Below, piece after piece: positions 27,136-32,000 of a DNA stretch of 32,000 nt. Position numbers and translations under genes: made by a program. This stretch comes from Desulfobacterales bacterium. GTDB lineage: Bacteria > Desulfobacterota > Desulfobacteria > Desulfobacterales > JAFDDL01. Position 1 is the stretch's first letter; the number at the start of each line of letters is the position of its first letter. The stretch lies in NCBI GenBank assembly GCA_963675725.2, contig CAXXXZ010000002.1, positions 4,042,611 to 4,074,610 of the forward strand. Direction: 5' to 3'. Under the pieces are notes generated by a model. That model saw only the letters and a program-made list of their open reading frames with translations, did no database searches and was not told the DNA's origin.

Positions 27136-29145
27136 ATGGAATGGACACGTGTCACTCGGTTGTCGGAAGATAGGTTCGTAATTGGATTTGTTGCCCTGTC
27201 GATAACGGCATTTTTTCTATTCATCGCCCCGGCGGCCCAGGGAATAGATTTTTCCAAAGGGGAGATCACCGGTACATGGGATACCACACTTTCTTATGGT
27301 GCGGCCTGGCGGGTTGAGGGGCGAGACCGTGCGATCGTTGGCTTGGTGAATGGCGGGGATGCCTTCTCGCCCAATGGCGATGATGGTAACCTTAATTTTT
27401 CCAATGGCAGTTTATACAGCAATGCCGTTAAGGCCACCACGGAGCTTGATTTGTCCTATAAGTTTTTTGGGGCGTTCATTCGGGGGTCTGCATTTTATGA
27501 TTTTGAATATGAGGATGGTGATCCGGACCATATCGCATTGACGGACGAAGCCCTTGACCTTGTGGGGTCGGATGCCAAGTTACTGGATGCCTATGTTTCA
27601 GCCAGTTTTGACCTGTTTGACCGGCCCATGGAGGTTCGCGTAGGGGAACAACTGGTGAGTTGGGGTGAGAGCACCTTTTTTCAAAACAGCATCAATACCA
27701 TCAATCCGGTAGATGTGAGCGCGATTCGATTGCCGGGTGGGGAACTTAAAGAAGCCCTTTTGCCCGAGGGCATGGTGTACGCCTCGGCGGGCGTTACGGA
27801 TGACATCGCCATTGAGGGATTCTATCTTTATGATTGGGAAAAGACAGATATCGATCCGCCCGGCTCTTTTTTCAGTACGAACGATTTTGCAGGCGATGGG
27901 GGAACGCGCGTTATATTGGGATATGGCGACTGGTCTGAATTTGGCACCGATCTCGGGGCATTGGGGTTCGATGATGATTTCATGGCAGTTCCCCGGGAAA
28001 GTACGCGATCAGCATCAAATAGCGGCCAATTCGGTATTGCACTCAGATGGTTTGCACCGTTTCTGGCCGATACAGAGTTTGGCTTTTACTACATGAACTA
28101 TCATAGCCGGGTGCCGATTATCAGTGCCCGTACAGGGACCCTTGGCGGATTTGGAAATGCTGTGGCGGCCGGAACTGCGTTGCAGGCTTACAGTGACCCC
28201 AGATTACCGACCTATGGAGATGCCGCTGGCTCAATAGCGGCCGGGGCAGCGGCTGGCGGGGCTGTGGGGGCAACGGACCCGCTTGCGGCAGCGCAGGGGG
28301 CATTGACGGTTGCCGGAACGGCGGGTGCGGCAAAAGCATCCGCCTTTGTGGTGGACCAGTATTCCCAGACGGCCCGTTACCTGACCGAGTACCCGGAAGA
28401 CATTCAACTTTTTGGTATCAGCTTTAATACGGGGCTCGGCGCCACCGGTATTGCCCTTCAGGGTGAGATTTCCCACCGCTTGGATGTTCCCCTGCAGATA
28501 GATGATATAGAGCTCCTTCTGGCAGCGTTGACCCCTCTGGCACCCCTTAAGTCAAGCTTTTTGTTGAACCAGATCAGGCCGGAGGGCGCTGGCTTTGAGG
28601 AATATATCGCCGGCTACATTCAAAGGGATATTACCCAGATGCAGGCCACGGCCACAAAGGTATTCGGGCCAACCTTTGGGGCGAATACCTTTGTTTTGCT
28701 GGGAGAAATAGCGTGGACCCATATTCATGACATGCCAAGCAAAAGCGTCCAGAGGCTGGAGAGCCCTGGCACCTATGTTACCGGTGAGCCTGCCCATGAC
28801 GATGCAGATGGGTCCCATCCCGGAAAAACCTCAGAATCGGCGGATCATTTTGCTGACCAGGATTCCTGGGGATATCGGATGGTGGGACGATTGGTTTACA
28901 ACAATGCTATCGGACCAGTGACACTATCTCCCCGGTTTGCATGGCAGCATGATGTCTCCGGCAACACGCCTGGGCCGGGGGGGAATTTTCTTGAAGGGCG
29001 AAAGGCGATAACCATTGGAATCACAGCAGAGTATCTTTCTGCCTGGACATTTGACGTGGCCTATACAAACTTTTTTGGCGCAGACAGATACAATCTGATT
29101 AATGACCGGGACTTTATCGGGGCAAACATAAAGTATTCTTTTTAA
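27136..29145 (+). CDS. DUF1302 family protein, probably exported
   Basis: Signal-like FVIGFVALSITAFFLFIAPAAQG. WDTTLSYGAAWRVEGR, VGEQLVSWGESTFFQNSINTINPVD and FVLLGEIAWTHIHDM are typical of the DUF1302 family. RBS AAGGAGG upstream. Confidence 0.85.
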   Translation: MEWTRVTRLSEDRFVIGFVALSITAFFLFIAPAAQGIDFSKGEITGTWDTTLSYGAAWRVEGRDRAIVGLVNGGDAFSPNGDDGNLNFSNGSLYSNAVKATTELDLSYKFFGAFIRGSAFYDFEYEDGDPDHIALTDEALDLVGSDAKLLDAYVSASFDLFDRPMEVRVGEQLVSWGESTFFQNSINTINPVDVSAIRLPGGELKEALLPEGMVYASAGVTDDIAIEGFYLYDWEKTDIDPPGSFFSTNDFAGDGGTRVILGYGDWSEFGTDLGALGFDDDFMAVPRESTRSASNSGQFGIALRWFAPFLADTEFGFYYMNYHSRVPIISARTGTLGGFGNAVAAGTALQAYSDPRLPTYGDAAGSIAAGAAAGGAVGATDPLAAAQGALTVAGTAGAAKASAFVVDQYSQTARYLTEYPEDIQLFGISFNTGLGATGIALQGEISHRLDVPLQIDDIELLLAALTPLAPLKSSFLLNQIRPEGAGFEEYIAGYIQRDITQMQATATKVFGPTFGANTFVLLGEIAWTHIHDMPSKSVQRLESPGTYVTGEPAHDDADGSHPGKTSESADHFADQDSWGYRMVGRLVYNNAIGPVTLSPRFAWQHDVSGNTPGPGGNFLEGRKAITIGITAEYLSAWTFDVAYTNFFGADRYNLINDRDFIGANIKYSF

Positions 29146-29164
29146 GAAAGGGGGGGACGTCATA

Positions 29165-30527
29165 ATGCTGAAAAAAACACGCCTGATGGTAGGGACGATG
29201 CTTGTTCTAGCGATGGCGATATCTCCTGCTGTTGCTAAAATAAGCCAAGAACAAATCGGCAGGCTTCAAAAAGATTTAACCCCCCTTGGTGCAGAGAGGG
29301 CAGGCAACCAGGAGGGAACGATTCCCCCATGGACTGGTGGGATCACGGAACCACCACCATCCTACAAACCCGGCATGCATCATCCCGATCCTTATTCGGC
29401 GGATCCTGTTTTGTTTACTATTTCTGCTGCCAATATGACGCCATATAAGAATAAATTGACCGCCGGGCATCAAGCGCTCATGAAGTTATATGACAGTTTT
29501 AAGATGAATGTATACCAGACACGTCGTTCGGCTTCCTGCCCCCAGCGCATCTATGATGTCACGGCCAAGGTGGCGGCCACGGCGGAACTTGTCAATAACG
29601 GTGATGGGGTAACAAGTACGGTGATTGGAATACCTTTTCCCATCCCCACAAAGGGCGTCGAGGTTATCTGGAACCATCTGCTTCGATATCGGGGTGAAAT
29701 TGCGGCCAGAAAGATTGCCCAGGCCGCACTGACGCGAAGTGGTCAATACACCCTGGTGAAGTTTGAGGACGAGTTCAACCTCCTTTACACGCACCCCGGC
29801 ATGACAGAAGAAAAACTGGATAATCGTATCCTGCTCTTTAAGCAAAAAGTGGTTGCACCCGCAAAGCTTGCCGGTGGTATCCTGTTGGTGCATGAAACCC
29901 TTGACCAGGTGAAAGAACCCCGGGCAGCCTGGTTATACAACCCTGGACAGCGGCGGGTCAGGCGTGCGCCCAATGTTGCTTATGACAATCCCGGGACTGC
30001 GTCGGATGGGGTCCGTACCTCTGACCAGTTCGATATGTTTAATGGTGCCACGGACCGTTATGACTGGAAACTCGTGGGTAAAAGAGAAATTTATGTGCCC
30101 TATAATGCTTACAAGCTTCACAGTGATAAACTGACCTATGAGCAAATTTTGACCCCGCTTCATATCAATCCGGAGTTTTGCCGATATGAGCTCCATCGCG
30201 TCTGGGTGGTTGAAGCGACCTTAAGAGAAGGCAGTCGTCATCTATATAAACGCAGGACCTTTTATGTTGATGAAGATTCGTGGCAAGTACTGCTGGTGGA
30301 TATTTATGACAACCGTGATCAGTTGTGGCGGGTTTCCGAAGGTCACGTGATCAACTACTACGAAAAACCGGCCTTATGGACGACCCTGGAAGTACATCTT
30401 GATCTTCAAACAGGAAGATATTTGGCGATCGGTCTTGATAACGAAAGTGAAATGTATGATTTTGCCATAGAGCGCACGGCGGAGGGACTACACTCCGGCG
30501 GCGCTTCGTCGCGAAGGCCGGAGATAA
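29165..30527 (+). pseudogene. DUF1329 family protein, apparent 1-nt frameshift near C-terminus (uncorrected ORF runs to 30679)
   Basis: Signal peptide and LTPLGAERAGNQEGTIPPWTGGI...YNPGQRRVRRAPNVAYDNPGTASDGVRTSDQFDMFNGATDRYDWKLVGKREIYVPYNAYKL are DUF1329 hallmarks. Deleting one G in 30484..30486 yields ...FAIERTAEDYTPAALRREGRR*, ending at 30527. Confidence 0.8.
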
Positions 30528-30608
30528 ATAATATTTCAATAATGGGGAAAAGTCTATTTGCTGAAAGTGGGCTGGGCTGTTATTTGAAAAATAACATTAT
30601 TTTTCGGA

Positions 30609-31637
30609 GTGTTCATGCGATTTTTTTCTCATTATCAGATAACGCTGAAACAGCGACTCGTTACTTCTCCTGTTTTTGATGTTTGGCGGACCATTGGCAA
30701 ACGATGCCCTTTCTTTTTTCTTTGCGCAGTGGTTTTCTCTATTTCAAGTTCGGTTTCGTCACTTTGCGCAGAACAATCCGTTATTGCGCCACTGGCCGAT
30801 CGATCCTTACTGCTTGATGGAACGAGGCTCGAGAATGGCCGTGTTGTTACCGTGGGAGAGCGGGGACACGCCCTTTTTTCGGACGATCAGGCCGTCTCTT
30901 GGACCCAAGCCCAGGTGCCCACCCGGGCCACATTGACGGCCGTGTCGTTTTACGATCAACACCTGGGATGGGCTGTAGGACACGATGCCGTCATACTGCG
31001 GACCCGGGACGGCGGTGAGACCTGGGCGTTGGTTTATTCGGATCCAGAAGAAGAACGCCCACTGCTTGATGTGTGGTGCCGTGACGCGCAGCACTGCTAT
31101 GCCGTCGGGGCCTATGGATATTTTCTTGAGACCCGAGATGCCGGAGACGCCTGGCAGTCCCGGTCCATCAATGAAGATGACTGGCATTTGAATCAGCTGT
31201 CAGCGTCAGCATCGGGAAAGCTCTACATTGCAGCAGAGGCAGGTACGATGTATCGATCCGACGATGGCGGGGGGCACTGGGAAACATTACCATCCCCCTA
31301 TGACGGTTCGTTTTTCGGTATCTTGCCGCTTTCCGGAGAGGCGGTCCTTGCATTCGGGTTACGGGGAAACCTGTTTCGATCCGACGATGCCGGAAACACC
31401 TGGCAAAAAATCAAGACCGGAACGGATTCACTGCTAACCCAGGGCCTCGCATTACCCGATGGTCGGGTATTGGTTTTAGGTCTTGGCGGAACGGTATTGA
31501 TCAGCCGGGATGAAGGGCGAAGTGTGACACTGTATCAACAACCCGACCGACTGGGGATCTCTGCAGCCGTTCCGGTGGCAGATAACAAACTGGCAGTTTT
31601 TGGTGAAGGGGGCGCGCGATTCATAACGATACCCTAA
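30609..31637 (+). CDS. YCF48/BNR-repeat-like exported protein
   Basis: Repeats HLGWAVGHDAVILRTRDGGETWALVY, HCYAVGAYGYFLETRDAGDAWQ, GTMYRSDDGGGHWETL, GNLFRSDDAGNTWQKI. Exact start uncertain. Confidence 0.8.
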   Translation: MFMRFFSHYQITLKQRLVTSPVFDVWRTIGKRCPFFFLCAVVFSISSSVSSLCAEQSVIAPLADRSLLLDGTRLENGRVVTVGERGHALFSDDQAVSWTQAQVPTRATLTAVSFYDQHLGWAVGHDAVILRTRDGGETWALVYSDPEEERPLLDVWCRDAQHCYAVGAYGYFLETRDAGDAWQSRSINEDDWHLNQLSASASGKLYIAAEAGTMYRSDDGGGHWETLPSPYDGSFFGILPLSGEAVLAFGLRGNLFRSDDAGNTWQKIKTGTDSLLTQGLALPDGRVLVLGLGGTVLISRDEGRSVTLYQQPDRLGISAAVPVADNKLAVFGEGGARFITIP

Positions 31638-31669
31638 TTCCGATACCGTGAACAAAAGAAAGACCATCT

Positions 31670-32000
31670 ATGCGTCTCGTACATGATAAGGGCATCACGT
31701 CTGGTATTCAGCGGTTTATCTTCGGTCACCGCCGATGGGTCATTGCTTTTTTCGGAATTACGACGCTTTTTATGTTGTTCAGTATCAGGGGACTTCATAT
31801 TGATGCGGGATTCAGCAAGCTTTTACCCCTCCAGCATGAATATATGAAGACATACGTTACCCATCGCCAGGCGTTTGGCGGTGTCAACCGGGTGTTGATC
31901 GCCTGCATGGTAAAAGAGGGTGATATCTTTACCCCTGAATTTTTTGAACTTCTGAAGAATGTGACAGATGATGTTTTTTTCCTGCCCGGTGTCGACCGGG
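31670..32000 (+). CDS. RND/MMPL-superfamily exporter, N-terminal part (runs off window)
   Basis: Frame open from ATG 31670 to the window edge: MRLVHDKGITSGIQRFIFGHRRWVIAFFGITTLFMLFSIRGLHIDAGFSKLLPLQHEYMKTYVTHRQAFGGVNRVLIA. Confidence 0.75.
   Translation, partial: MRLVHDKGITSGIQRFIFGHRRWVIAFFGITTLFMLFSIRGLHIDAGFSKLLPLQHEYMKTYVTHRQAFGGVNRVLIACMVKEGDIFTPEFFELLKNVTDDVFFLPGVDR

Noticed and set aside
1-32000. CRISPR arrays, retron or diversity-generating elements
   Set aside because: No regularly spaced direct repeats, no Cas, reverse transcriptase or VR/TR-like signal seen on either strand by reading. A dedicated search was not possible.

Overview
The window looks like core chromosome of a sulfate-reducer-like deltaproteobacterium (Desulfobacterota). 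That placement is inferred from gene content, not searched. Recognisable features: 3' part of gltX, tRNA-Gln(CTG) and a terminator. Next is an accessory patch (about 1.8-5.9 kb) where an ankyrin-repeat lipoprotein gene is split by an IS4-like element with 11-bp inverted ends and an 8-bp target duplication, followed by a second IS4-type element whose transposase carries an in-frame TGA. A minus-strand [NiFe] hydrogenase operon follows (small subunit, large subunit, maturation protease, hypC, hypF). Then come two tandem tRNA-Ser genes, an ATP-grasp protein, a DUF1624/DUF418-like membrane protein, a dihydrouridine synthase and a SPOR protein. A gatC-gatA-59 aa ORF-mutL string is followed by a PTS EIIA (PtsN-like) and PII-like pair, a YchJ/SEC-C protein and an isoprenylcysteine methyltransferase-like membrane protein. 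The right side holds an overlapping C39-like peptidase / N-formylglutamate amidohydrolase-like pair, a ThiF/MoeB-like E1 and a DUF1302-DUF1329-YCF48-RND cluster that runs off the right edge. I found no convincing CRISPR, retron or complete defence system. The most notable observations are: (1) the exactly reconstructable IS interruption; (2) an imperfect hairpin in that IS whose arm-plus-loop motif recurs inverted beside the second IS; (3) the C39/FGase-like pair; (4) an apparent 1-nt frameshift at the C-terminus of the DUF1329 gene; (5) a small uncharacterised protein with an RNYFAH (RX4H) motif truncated by the second IS.
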